64,000 bases of DNA from a virus (Duplodnaviria; Caudoviricetes): positions 352,001-416,000 of the IMG/VR virus record IMGVR_UViG_3300029288_005873, one strand, 5' to 3'. This document shows positions 56,501-64,000 of the stretch, piece after piece. The notes below the pieces were generated by a model. The model made no database searches. It was not told the origin of the DNA and saw only the letters and a list, made by a program, of their open reading frames with translations. A program made the position numbers and the translations under genes. Positions within the stretch are counted from its first letter, which is position 1. The number at the start of each line of letters is the position of its first letter.

Positions 56501-56679
56501 CGAAGCAGGCTTCCAGAGAGTTGTGCTGTTTCCTTGAGGTTTCCTCTCTCGATTTCATCCTGAAGAACACCTCTCCTGACGGAGGATACCGACTGAGCCA
56601 ATTTAGGAGACGTGCGAATTGACACTGGTCCCGCTGGCGTCTGCGCTACTCCCCTCGCCATCCTTCTGCTGTCTGACAT
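53518..56679 (-). CDS. Portal protein containing an intein
   Basis: Directly follows the terminase; HPLVRNAI..H...P, EFWKLGEAF, YDVRGTS; Gly/Pro-rich tail. Confidence 0.85.
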   Translation of the reverse strand: MSDSRRMARGVAQTPAGPVSIRTSPKLAQSVSSVRRGVLQDEIERGNLKETAQLSGSLLRRGVTEPPPPYDSEKDVNRGTWMPGGVVSGGGKQQAGLHGAIAHSPSFRKQASTLSSGLGSSAGAPVERLAPEVYSPLFTMANLNLPRDRITVNAWCFIPGTMVWMADGTRKSIEEIEVGDMVLSGAGVPRRVTTVFQRPINEEIVGIRIKGSQETIWCTKNHNFNAVKGDEVRCHDHTTYVKCKPDGQECFCSRCKRQDDPYVFGKIEAGKLEARDALYMPVPKLEPVSDDPLLENPEALELLGYYAAEGSISHNTVTFSLGAHEEKLAYRIQELAVRLSSEAKVYVRPDRKTEIYVNCTDANLAKFVLRHCGKGSLTKRLSFELMSVEPGLLLRFLVAWLDGDGGQEKYNGGIFCGNTSSENLAWQMRMLCLRCGLVAHVFREHSQKTMVSPSNGKTYEVHPRYYVKIRGKSALKLAECFVSNFYRFATIKRSHKRDGCCFFYKDKAIQWVNTIEYRQYVGIVHNIEVETDHTYTVGYGVSVRNCRNFFDLHPLVRNAITLHATYPISKINIKCSDKKVQQEFEDMIEEMDLLGALGDISLEFWKLGEAFPYAELDENGLKWRRIVVQNPDYIHVKKMVIASEPIISMRPDAVLQRLVMSNAPADVQLRKQIPQNIVYHVRRGENIPLDNFNVSHLKMLSSPYDVRGTSVIVSVFKDLMLYDKLRECKFAQADDMVNPITLVKIGGAGEGEYHPDPEAIETWRQIIEEAQYDKNFKIVTHAGVSIERVGAQGGIIDISQDNELIIKNIMHGLMVPQAVIDTESAVYASASIGLEVLRQRYFNFRNMLARWLMNKIFAPISDLRGYYRAEGGYKKLIVPEVEWNQMNLYDLQDYIGNISSLVTAKQASLQTLYKSLGLNYEDEREKMRAESVNDAIRQREEQALAGMSLIELRALDPTREIMEPIISEQPAGGMSAGMPGMEAGMPPAGGLGAPGGMPPIGGGGSLPGGLPELAPPPGEALGGPGGAGAPSTGGMTPPLGPGGPGAPLGGPGK
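55045..56214 (-). mobile_element. Intein (390 aa) with LAGLIDADG endonuclease in the portal gene
   Basis: W|CFIPGT start, CTKNH block B, LLGYYAAEG and FLVAWLDGDG, VHNIEVETDHTY...VRN|C end. Confidence 0.92.
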
Positions 56680-56691
56680 GATTTCTCCTTA

Positions 56692-58521
56692 TCATCTCAT
56701 ACGCGGAACATAGGCGAGGACGGGTTTTGCGGCGGTCTTGGCTGCTGCTGTGCCCGGACCTGCCTTGAACCCGTGCGTTTGCTCAAACTTATATGCGACG
56801 AAAGCATTGATGAGAGCCATCAGCCCGTCGTTCTGAACCTTTCCTTTCACATACATGGTGTGCGGCATTCCCTGCCGTATGGTTTGTTTACTCTCCATTG
56901 AGCAACAATGGTCTACCAACCAAGCTATACGCTCATAACTTCCCCAAGGAAAACGTATGGCACCTCGGCGCAGAAGAGCAAACATATCACTAATCCATTT
57001 ATCCTTATCGATAACTATCTCTAATTCATCCTCACGATATTTTGTACCAGTCAAAACCTGACCAGAGTTGCGTACCGTCTTAAATCTATCGCCAAGAATA
57101 GATTTTAATTTTCCAGAAATATCCTCGGCATAACCGACGTCTCCAGCGGCTATCCTGACATTAAATAGCCGATACATTTCTTCAACAAATTGTATCTTCG
57201 AATCCATATCAAGTTTCTTGAGTTTTTGTGCAAACTCTATTACAATACGCCCATCATGTTCGACCGAAATAACGACCGCGCAAGAGAAGGACTGTCCGCG
57301 CGTAACACCATCAATATCTGGTCTACCACCCCAGTCAATACCCATATAGACCATTTTCTTCTGGTCTTTGGTAATCTGTTTTGTCATCGGACGCATAGGA
57401 TCACGACAAGCTTTGTAAATCTCTTCGCGAGTGATGGGTAGACCTGTACCAGAATGGAATTCTCCTAGTACCTCATTATTCCAATCAATCTCCCTCTTCA
57501 TAGGATTGTGTTCTGGAGATTCTTTAAGGATAACCTCTTTGTGAAACTCTGGGATAAACAACTGGTTAAAATGAAAACCAACGTAGGTGGCGTCCTCTTT
57601 TCCAGGCGTCGCTAACCATTTTCCACGTTCAATAGCTTCAACCTTATCCTGTTCACGACCGCAGTTTGGACACTTCACTACATTTTCATATAGCCAAATA
57701 TCCTTCTCCCATTTGTCGGAACCAGGAGTATACAAAAGAAAATAACGCTGACATTCTACACATCCGAGATAATACCTGCGTTGATCGGAATTCTCCCACA
57801 TTTTATAGAATTCCGAATTCTTATGTTCTGGAGTACCGAAATAAACCTGTACACCACCAGGCTGTGTACCATACTGAGCACGTGTTAAACACTTAACGGC
57901 TGTGTCAATAGCCTGCTTGGTCATTAGCTGAGCTTCATCAAAAAAGATGACATCAATGGTTCGACCGCGTACTCTGATACCCTCATTACCTATAGAGTCG
58001 CACCAAAGAGTATTACCATACCTAAATTGTTTATATGTTAGGCTGTCAGAAGCTTCGCGAGTAGTGTCTTTTCTTGTTTCGATATATGGGCGCAGAATCT
58101 GCTTTTGGCTATTCTCATCTGGAACCATAATGGATTCGCGAATCATCTTTTCCAATTTATCTTTGGAGAAGGCATGCATAAGTTCCAACTGTGGAAACGC
58201 ATGCATGACACGAATCGGACGAGAACCCCCCTGCCCAAACATACCGCCAGCAACCATGTCGAGTTCAAGAACAGACGCCATGGTTGTGGCACCGACCTGA
58301 CGCCCTTTGACAATCACAACAGGTTTGCCATTGGGTGAAATAGCCGTTGTCATGATGTATCGGTAGATATCAGCGATAAACTTCCATCCATTCCCTGTAA
58401 GTTGTAGAGGTTTCCCGTCAAGGGTGAGATAAGATTCGGCAAAATACACGGGATCCAGATGAAGCAACTCGCGCTTCAGTTCCTCGAAACTCCTGTCTGG
58501 TCCCCATGCTTTGTTTACCAT
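56692..58521 (-). CDS. terL: Terminase large subunit (lambda gpA-like)
   Basis: KGRQVGAT (Walker A), VIFFDE (Walker B), GTP coupling motif, SDQRRY...CVEC...CPNC, GIDWG nuclease motif. Confidence 0.92.
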   Translation of the reverse strand: MVNKAWGPDRSFEELKRELLHLDPVYFAESYLTLDGKPLQLTGNGWKFIADIYRYIMTTAISPNGKPVVIVKGRQVGATTMASVLELDMVAGGMFGQGGSRPIRVMHAFPQLELMHAFSKDKLEKMIRESIMVPDENSQKQILRPYIETRKDTTREASDSLTYKQFRYGNTLWCDSIGNEGIRVRGRTIDVIFFDEAQLMTKQAIDTAVKCLTRAQYGTQPGGVQVYFGTPEHKNSEFYKMWENSDQRRYYLGCVECQRYFLLYTPGSDKWEKDIWLYENVVKCPNCGREQDKVEAIERGKWLATPGKEDATYVGFHFNQLFIPEFHKEVILKESPEHNPMKREIDWNNEVLGEFHSGTGLPITREEIYKACRDPMRPMTKQITKDQKKMVYMGIDWGGRPDIDGVTRGQSFSCAVVISVEHDGRIVIEFAQKLKKLDMDSKIQFVEEMYRLFNVRIAAGDVGYAEDISGKLKSILGDRFKTVRNSGQVLTGTKYREDELEIVIDKDKWISDMFALLRRGAIRFPWGSYERIAWLVDHCCSMESKQTIRQGMPHTMYVKGKVQNDGLMALINAFVAYKFEQTHGFKAGPGTAAAKTAAKPVLAYVPRMR

Positions 58522-58524
58522 ATA

Positions 58525-59202
58525 TCACCTTTGCGGTTTCGAAGGCTCGAACATTTTATTATCTTCCTGCATTTCTTCCCATGAAGTGCTTAATCCCACA
58601 CCAAGACCTGCAATATTATCACTAGAGTCTACCATCTCACGCTTCTCCTGACCAATTCTCTTCTCGATATAATCACAAAGAGCCTGGTTCGAAGCGGCTT
58701 CAGTCCCCTCTGGTCGCTCGTCTCTAATCATTTTAAGAATAGCGGGAATAGTTACATGCCCACCACGAGATCTTATAACATTGTCTACAAACATCTGAAG
58801 TTTTGGATATTTGCCAAACAATTCTTCGACAGCCGCACGATCGCGAAGAATTCCATCGATCTCTTCTGCCTCGGCACGTAAACCATTATCATCCAGCCAA
58901 TTGGCAAGACGCACAAGACGGAGGACAGATCCACATCGAGCGGACGCCGTTTTAACAGTAGGTTCCGCTTGACCCTCGGACGCGTTTCGTTCAGCAAGTA
59001 GGTTAAGCCCAATCCTATCCTTCATTTCGCGTACGCGTTCCTCTATAGCAGAAAGCTCCTTGTTCTTTTTGAACAGATCGCTTATCTCGTGAAATGGGTT
59101 AGATCCGTCGGCTTCCCTGCGAAGTGCCCCTTCAGCAAAATCCTTCATCCAGTCTGGAATTGCGGAAGGTCTGGCGACCTCATGTTCTCTGCCAAAAGCC
59201 AT
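58525..59202 (-). CDS. Hypothetical protein with helical tag
   Basis: VKTAS followed by LVRLANWLDDNGLRAEAEEID; AAGGAGG SD. Confidence 0.7.
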   Translation of the reverse strand: MAFGREHEVARPSAIPDWMKDFAEGALRREADGSNPFHEISDLFKKNKELSAIEERVREMKDRIGLNLLAERNASEGQAEPTVKTASARCGSVLRLVRLANWLDDNGLRAEAEEIDGILRDRAAVEELFGKYPKLQMFVDNVIRSRGGHVTIPAILKMIRDERPEGTEAASNQALCDYIEKRIGQEKREMVDSSDNIAGLGVGLSTSWEEMQEDNKMFEPSKPQR

Positions 59203-59232
59203 GGCTAAACCTCCTTGTTACCTATTGATATC

Positions 59233-60084
59233 TTATGCATAATACTGGCTCTGCCATTCTCTTGGCTTATCAGGATCCCTTGGGTCCTCATCCTCGCCAA
59301 TATTAGCGCGGTCTTTGAACACAGGATATCCCATATCCGCAAGGATCTGCTGGATAGCTAATCTTTCCCGATCATCAATCTTATATTTCTTCTCCAATTT
59401 CTTGAACATTTCTTCAATATCACGTCCACCAGAAACCACGGAGTTGATAAGCGTTCCCACAAAAGCGCGTTCGAAAGCAGATATTTGATATTGCATGCCT
59501 TCAAAATGAGGCGTCCCTGCCTCTTTCTTCAATCCTGTATTATCGCATGCTAAACAGACTGTTCCGTTTTCGTCTTCCCATAATGGAGCAGAGCATGATG
59601 GACAAGCCGATCCATCAGAGGCATGTCTACGGACCTGCTTCCGTTGTCTCTTCATATCCTTATGCGCATCAAGCATTCGTGTCAAGGCTTCGATATTTTG
59701 CTCAAGCTGGTGACGCAGTTTGTCAATACTGCCAATTGGAATGTGACCATCCCAGTCGGATTGTAGAGCGCGCGAAATATAGTTATTCAGTTTTTTGTTC
59801 TGCCCCAGGGCGCGCTCAGCTTCATTACGCCGTCCAACGCATGCGCTGGGCGTTTTAATGCGTCCCATTTCCCCAATAAGGAACGGTTCAAAATCCTTAG
59901 CATCCTGCGAATCAAGCCAGGATTTTCTGGACTGTGTTTCTGTTTCTTCGGGAAGCTCAACCGTAGGAGCTATAGGCTCTTGAACAGGGACCTCCTGATC
60001 GAAGGCTTCCTTCACTACGACGGTATCGCCGTCCACCACAGTGGTGTGGGTATCAGAAACCGTGATGATCGTCTCCTCGCTCAT
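59233..60084 (-). CDS. Hypothetical protein with a Zn ribbon
   Basis: CPSC...CLAC flanked by RHAS and KEAG. Confidence 0.65.
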   Translation of the reverse strand: MSEETIITVSDTHTTVVDGDTVVVKEAFDQEVPVQEPIAPTVELPEETETQSRKSWLDSQDAKDFEPFLIGEMGRIKTPSACVGRRNEAERALGQNKKLNNYISRALQSDWDGHIPIGSIDKLRHQLEQNIEALTRMLDAHKDMKRQRKQVRRHASDGSACPSCSAPLWEDENGTVCLACDNTGLKKEAGTPHFEGMQYQISAFERAFVGTLINSVVSGGRDIEEMFKKLEKKYKIDDRERLAIQQILADMGYPVFKDRANIGEDEDPRDPDKPREWQSQYYA

Positions 60085-60103
60085 ATCGCATCCTCCATAG
60101 GAT

Positions 60104-60448
60104 CTATCTATTCTTTATGTTCTTTATATCAGCCATGCCGTCCGCTAGGCGTTCAATTCCTGTTACAACATCGCCTAGGCGTTCAATCATGCGTTCGTGT
60201 GCGCTTTCTGCAGCAGCCATATGCTCTGTGAGCTGCTGCCTGCTCTGTCTAAGCTCAACAACTGCGGAAGTCAGCATATCCAGCTTTATGTCGATCCTGG
60301 TTAAAGCTTCTCCAGAACCATTGTATTCCTTTGCCTGTTTCACCGTCTTCCCATTCGCGTTCTTCTTCATTAACCACTCGATAACCTTGGTCAGGACGAC
60401 AATCACTCCGACCAAGGCGGCAGTCAAAGTTGCGCCAGCAATTTCCAT
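60104..60448 (-). CDS. Membrane-anchored coiled-coil protein (possible lysis-related)
   Basis: N-terminal hydrophobic helix plus coiled coil. Confidence 0.55.
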   Translation of the reverse strand: MEIAGATLTAALVGVIVVLTKVIEWLMKKNANGKTVKQAKEYNGSGEALTRIDIKLDMLTSAVVELRQSRQQLTEHMAAAESAHERMIERLGDVVTGIERLADGMADIKNIKNR

Positions 60449-60511
60449 AGGTTACCTCTCAAATATTGAATTTACTATAACCATGATTTAATAAAGCCAT
60501 CATGAAAATTA

Positions 60512-61144
60512 TCATATTCTTTTCCTAAGGCTAAACCTGCCAACTAATTCTTCAATTTTGGCTGGATCAATACGCTCACCCTCAAACTCCTGACGACATG
60601 TTTCAACCATTGTCTCAAGTCTTGTCCGTTCCTCTTTTGTAAGTGCTTCACCGCGCTTCAACTTATCCCAAAGTACAGGTTCTTCTGCTGTAATCGCAAA
60701 CTTTACTATGATTGGAACCTGAGATCCCAATAATGAAAACAGACCTTGGAATAGATTACGAGATTCGTTGTTGTCTGCGTAAAATCCCATTGGGAATGCA
60801 TACAATCCATCAAGCCCAATACCACTGAATGTCTGTGCATATAGCGGACTACCAGAAAAGGCTGTGTTTCCAAAACCTTGTCCTGAATCTCCGAAATCAC
60901 AGTTAACCGCTTTGGCATCCTCCATAACATTGACGGCATACAAACAGCGCTGGTTATCCTTATGGTATATATATATCCTCTTATTAGCTAATGCTACTTT
61001 TTCCGACCTATTTTCTGGAAGTGTTTCAAGTGGACACATATGTGTCACAGAATCGCCAGCATTAGCGCAAGAAAGGGGAATAGGCAAACCAAACGGGCAA
61101 AGCTTACCCTGCTTTTCGCCACGTATCCAGCAATTCTTTCTCAT
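60512..61144 (-). CDS. Cys-rich hypothetical protein
   Basis: CPFGLPIP.SC..AG motif; ATGA coupling. Confidence 0.65.
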   Translation of the reverse strand: MRKNCWIRGEKQGKLCPFGLPIPLSCANAGDSVTHMCPLETLPENRSEKVALANKRIYIYHKDNQRCLYAVNVMEDAKAVNCDFGDSGQGFGNTAFSGSPLYAQTFSGIGLDGLYAFPMGFYADNNESRNLFQGLFSLLGSQVPIIVKFAITAEEPVLWDKLKRGEALTKEERTRLETMVETCRQEFEGERIDPAKIEELVGRFSLRKRI

Positions 61145-61914
61145 TCATTTCCTCCAGGCTGCTTTGTCGTTAGTTTCCAATATTTAACAAAATCGCGCGC
61201 TGCCTTGAGGGCTGCATCATCAGCATCCTGTCCATAATGCTTGCGATGCGCCTTGAGGAACTCCCCAATGCTTTTCCATTTTGGATCATCCGACCAGAGT
61301 TTCGGCTCTTTATCACCGAGTTTGTCAACATCATCGCCACCCTCGGGAACAAAATGAGCCAAAGAGAGCATGTCCCCAATATCGTCCCATGCCTCTTTGA
61401 GAAAATTCTCCAAATCAACATCGACGTCCGTATCGGTCATAAGTGAAGCAATGCGCCATTTGCGCTCCCGCCGTTTACGGGATTTTTCACGCCATTTTCG
61501 CCATTCGGAAATCCCCTTGGGGAATTTTTTCAAAAACTCTGATGCGCTACCAAAATATGGAGACTCCTCTTCGGGTGTATAATCCATATTTTTGCGCCAC
61601 ATTGGTGGCGTATTGGTTTCTTTACTTGGCACCATATGAGCTTGGCGTTCTAAGCTGCGTTCCAAATAGAGGTCTAGCTGACGATCGAGGACATCGTCGT
61701 CTTGAAATGCCGCCAAGCGTAGCATGCGGTCCAATGAAGCCTTCTTTTCAGGCTTCTCCTTCTCCAGCATTTTCTTTAGCCTCTTTTTCCTATTTTTGCG
61801 TTCATGCCTTGTATGTTGCCTTTCCTCATCGAGGAGGAATGGCAATTTAGTTTCCTGCTTGTCCATATCCGTCTTTGGAAAAGGGCACATTATTATAATC
61901 CTCCTCATCCCCAA
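61141..61914 (-). CDS. Hypothetical protein (true start uncertain)
   Basis: Long in-operon ORF with many [KR]xA sites. Confidence 0.6.
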   Translation of the reverse strand: MGMRRIIIMCPFPKTDMDKQETKLPFLLDEERQHTRHERKNRKKRLKKMLEKEKPEKKASLDRMLRLAAFQDDDVLDRQLDLYLERSLERQAHMVPSKETNTPPMWRKNMDYTPEEESPYFGSASEFLKKFPKGISEWRKWREKSRKRRERKWRIASLMTDTDVDVDLENFLKEAWDDIGDMLSLAHFVPEGGDDVDKLGDKEPKLWSDDPKWKSIGEFLKAHRKHYGQDADDAALKAARDFVKYWKLTTKQPGGNE

Positions 61915-62080
61915 GCCCGCGCCTCAGTGCCTCACGGCGAACTGCCATATATAGTTTTACATCCCCACGAAAAAGATCAGGACGATGTAAAGCTTCATCC
62001 AATTGAAGATCATTCCAACCCTGAAAAGGTTTACATGGCAGTATATCGAGACCAGCCTTGCGAACAAGCCGATATCCCAT
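61847..62080 (-). CDS. Small hypothetical protein
   Basis: GAGG SD; in-operon. Confidence 0.45.
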   Translation of the reverse strand: MGYRLVRKAGLDILPCKPFQGWNDLQLDEALHRPDLFRGDVKLYMAVRREALRRGLGDEEDYNNVPFSKDGYGQAGN

Positions 62081-62087
62081 TCTAACC

Positions 62088-62858
62088 TCAACAGTCCAAA
62101 AGATGCTGTACCATACGATGTTTGGCCATTTCCATAGACATAAGCCTACTTAGCGGAATTATCGGAAGGAGCTTATATTCCGACAAAAGACTTATGGCTT
62201 TCTTGGCATCTATGCGAAACATCTGGTGTACTTGGCGGCGTACATGTCCAGAAGGCAGCTGTCCGACGGCACCACGATATTTCAACATGGCTTGACCAAG
62301 GTCGTCATCTATTTCAAAACCAAACCGAAGCGATAACTTTATAGCTCGCAATATTCTCCTAGCATCATGACCTATCGTCAGGTCTGGATCAACTGGTGTA
62401 CGTAAACGCCGTGCTCCAATATCAGCGGCAGCCAAGCCCGTCGGATCATCAGGTTTTCTGCCCAAATCCATGGGCTGAAGAAGAGTATTTGCTGTAAAAT
62501 CCCTAGAAAACATCTCCTTCTGAAGATCGCTTGGTTTCTCAATACCGCGTTTCCCAAGTTCTACATCTATACCAGGTAGCACAAAATTATTGGAAAAATC
62601 CATCCTTATATTCTGAAATGCCAAAGATGAATGTCCATCATCATAGGAACGAAAAGGAGCATCAGGCCATTGTTTACTTGCCAAAAGTGCCAATGCAAAG
62701 CAATCCCTGTCACCAGTTGTTATGTCTATATCTTCAACCTGCGCCGAAACTAATCCTAAAGCTCTATCCCTTGGAAAACCACCAACCACAAAAGGCTTGG
62801 AAAGCCCAGAACTTTCCGCGAGATTGCTTAGCGTTCCAAGCAGTTCCTCAAGCCTCAT
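62088..62858 (-). CDS. CCA-adding enzyme / poly(A) polymerase family nucleotidyltransferase
   Basis: VVGGFPRD, EDIDI, RDFTAN and DARRILRA motifs of class II RNA nucleotidyltransferases. Confidence 0.9.
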   Translation of the reverse strand: MRLEELLGTLSNLAESSGLSKPFVVGGFPRDRALGLVSAQVEDIDITTGDRDCFALALLASKQWPDAPFRSYDDGHSSLAFQNIRMDFSNNFVLPGIDVELGKRGIEKPSDLQKEMFSRDFTANTLLQPMDLGRKPDDPTGLAAADIGARRLRTPVDPDLTIGHDARRILRAIKLSLRFGFEIDDDLGQAMLKYRGAVGQLPSGHVRRQVHQMFRIDAKKAISLLSEYKLLPIIPLSRLMSMEMAKHRMVQHLLDC

Positions 62859-62860
62859 CT

Positions 62861-64000
62861 TTATACTCCTTGTGGCGTTTTGGCTGGTAGCTGTTCTTTA
62901 ACTTCAGTCGCAGTCTCCTCAGCTGGAGCTGGAGGCAAAGAAGGCTTGCCCTTTTCTGTGGACTGTTCCGTAGGCTGTTCGGCTGGTTTTTCAGAAACAC
63001 TAGCTGCCGTTTCTTCTGCTGAAGGACCCATATCTACACTTGGTGCCTTCTTTTCCTGCTTATCACTTTCATCACGCAGACCACCGCGCAATTTCCCTAT
63101 AATTTTCTCGAGTCTAGTGCCCACATATGAGTCGGTCTCCAGCAAACGTCCTATGGCTTCACCCAATTCTGGAAAATAAGAAACAATGTTACGACTATCC
63201 ATCATCATATCAACTTTGGAAAGTTGACGCACCGTTTCACGTTCCTTGAACCGTTTCACAATTGGCTCAAGAGTATTGATTATATCCATGATGGTCGATC
63301 CAGCAAACGGATTTTCATCCTTAGGAGAGGAATTTTCTGTTTCTGGTTCAGGTTTAGGCTCTGGAGGTGGAGGCGGTTCAGGAAGACTTTCCATTGCTCC
63401 TGGAGGCATTCCTTCAGGAGCAGCATTTGCGTCTGGAGATGCCGACGGTTCATCAGGCATTGGGGAGGGACTACCCAAATCCTCAGAAGGGGGTGTAGAA
63501 GGCAAATCTGTAGTTCCCGAGGGTTTAATTTCGTATTCATGACCTGTAAGAGCTTTTTCAATTTGGCTAGCTATATCCTGACCAGGTTCCTGTGCTATCT
63601 TAAGCAGGGTTTCTGCTCCATCATGAAACCCTTCCCTTGTCCACAATCCTGCGGTTCTTATAATCCTATCTCGCATAGATGAAGCTGTTCTCAAACCAGT
63701 AATTTCCTGTTCTAGATCAGACAGTGCTCTATATATGCTATTCCAACGTTCTTGTGACCACACTGGCGGCACGAAAAGACGTAAAAGCTTTTTAGCAGAA
63801 TCGAGCCTACCAATAAGGGATTTTCTATTTTCTTCTATAGAGCGTTCTTCTGGTTTTCGCCTAACACGAGTTAGAGGAACCTCAACTTGTTGTCCAACGG
63901 GAGGTTGCTGGACAGCAGCATATTTCTCATGGTCGCCGCGCTCATAATACCTGAGCCATTGTTGGAAATCTGTTATCTCCACAGGATCCCACTCCTCAGT
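62861..64000 (-). CDS. Hypothetical protein, probably 5'-truncated by the window edge
   Basis: Frame stays open from the tracked GTG (63982) to 64000; Pro/Glu-rich; degenerate helical tag. Confidence 0.65.
   Translation of the reverse strand, partial: TEEWDPVEITDFQQWLRYYERGDHEKYAAVQQPPVGQQVEVPLTRVRRKPEERSIEENRKSLIGRLDSAKKLLRLFVPPVWSQERWNSIYRALSDLEQEITGLRTASSMRDRIIRTAGLWTREGFHDGAETLLKIAQEPGQDIASQIEKALTGHEYEIKPSGTTDLPSTPPSEDLGSPSPMPDEPSASPDANAAPEGMPPGAMESLPEPPPPPEPKPEPETENSSPKDENPFAGSTIMDIINTLEPIVKRFKERETVRQLSKVDMMMDSRNIVSYFPELGEAIGRLLETDSYVGTRLEKIIGKLRGGLRDESDKQEKKAPSVDMGPSAEETAASVSEKPAEQPTEQSTEKGKPSLPPAPAEETATEVKEQLPAKTPQGV

Noticed and set aside
1-64000. Genome-wide stop-codon reassignment (TAG)
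   Set aside because: Long genes are intact in the standard code, and TAG ends the MCP and scaffold genes just before terminators; only one isolated in-frame TAG was found.
1-64000. CRISPR arrays, tRNA or rRNA genes
   Set aside because: No regularly spaced repeats or cloverleaf signatures were seen by eye, and intergenic space is minimal; tRNAscan was not run.

Overview
This window is part of the virion-morphogenesis (late) region of a large tailed dsDNA phage. Essentially all credible genes lie on the minus strand and are tightly packed, often with ATGA overlaps. Read from right to left, it contains: a CCA-adding/poly(A)-polymerase-like nucleotidyltransferase, a gpA-like terminase large subunit and an intein-containing portal. 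These are followed by about 19 kb of multi-domain enzyme genes: LigD ligase, polymerase and phosphoesterase domains split over two proteins, a 2H phosphoesterase, DJ-1/PfpI, DUF5661, a Dps/ferritin-like domain, a Tyr/dual-specificity phosphatase, HExxH proteases and a Cys-His-Asp domain. Next come a large prohead protease/scaffold, several paralogous putative internal head proteins, decoration proteins and an encapsulin-like HK97 major capsid protein. Further left are a LAGLIDADG+methyltransferase cassette, fibre/lectin proteins, a cold-shock protein, neck/closure proteins, free-standing homing endonucleases, a holin-like gene, a 1510-aa fibre/spike protein and a truncated tail-completion-like gene. 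The main unexplained signal is a shared peptide 'grammar' across the head-region proteins. It has three parts: (i) a P-[ILF]-S-[KR]-R-A-type linker sitting at domain boundaries of the enzyme polyproteins; (ii) a ~25-aa helical LAxxLDxxGxxxxAxxxD tag in about ten unrelated proteins; and (iii) [KR]-x-A sites. Together these suggest a capsid-loaded, protease-released DNA/RNA-repair and stress-protection cargo system (inference). Other notable features are a five-copy late-promoter-like motif, structured 5' leaders, a strong D-[GAS]-Y enrichment in structural proteins and an in-frame TAG in an otherwise intact gene. All family assignments are from recalled motifs; no database search was run.
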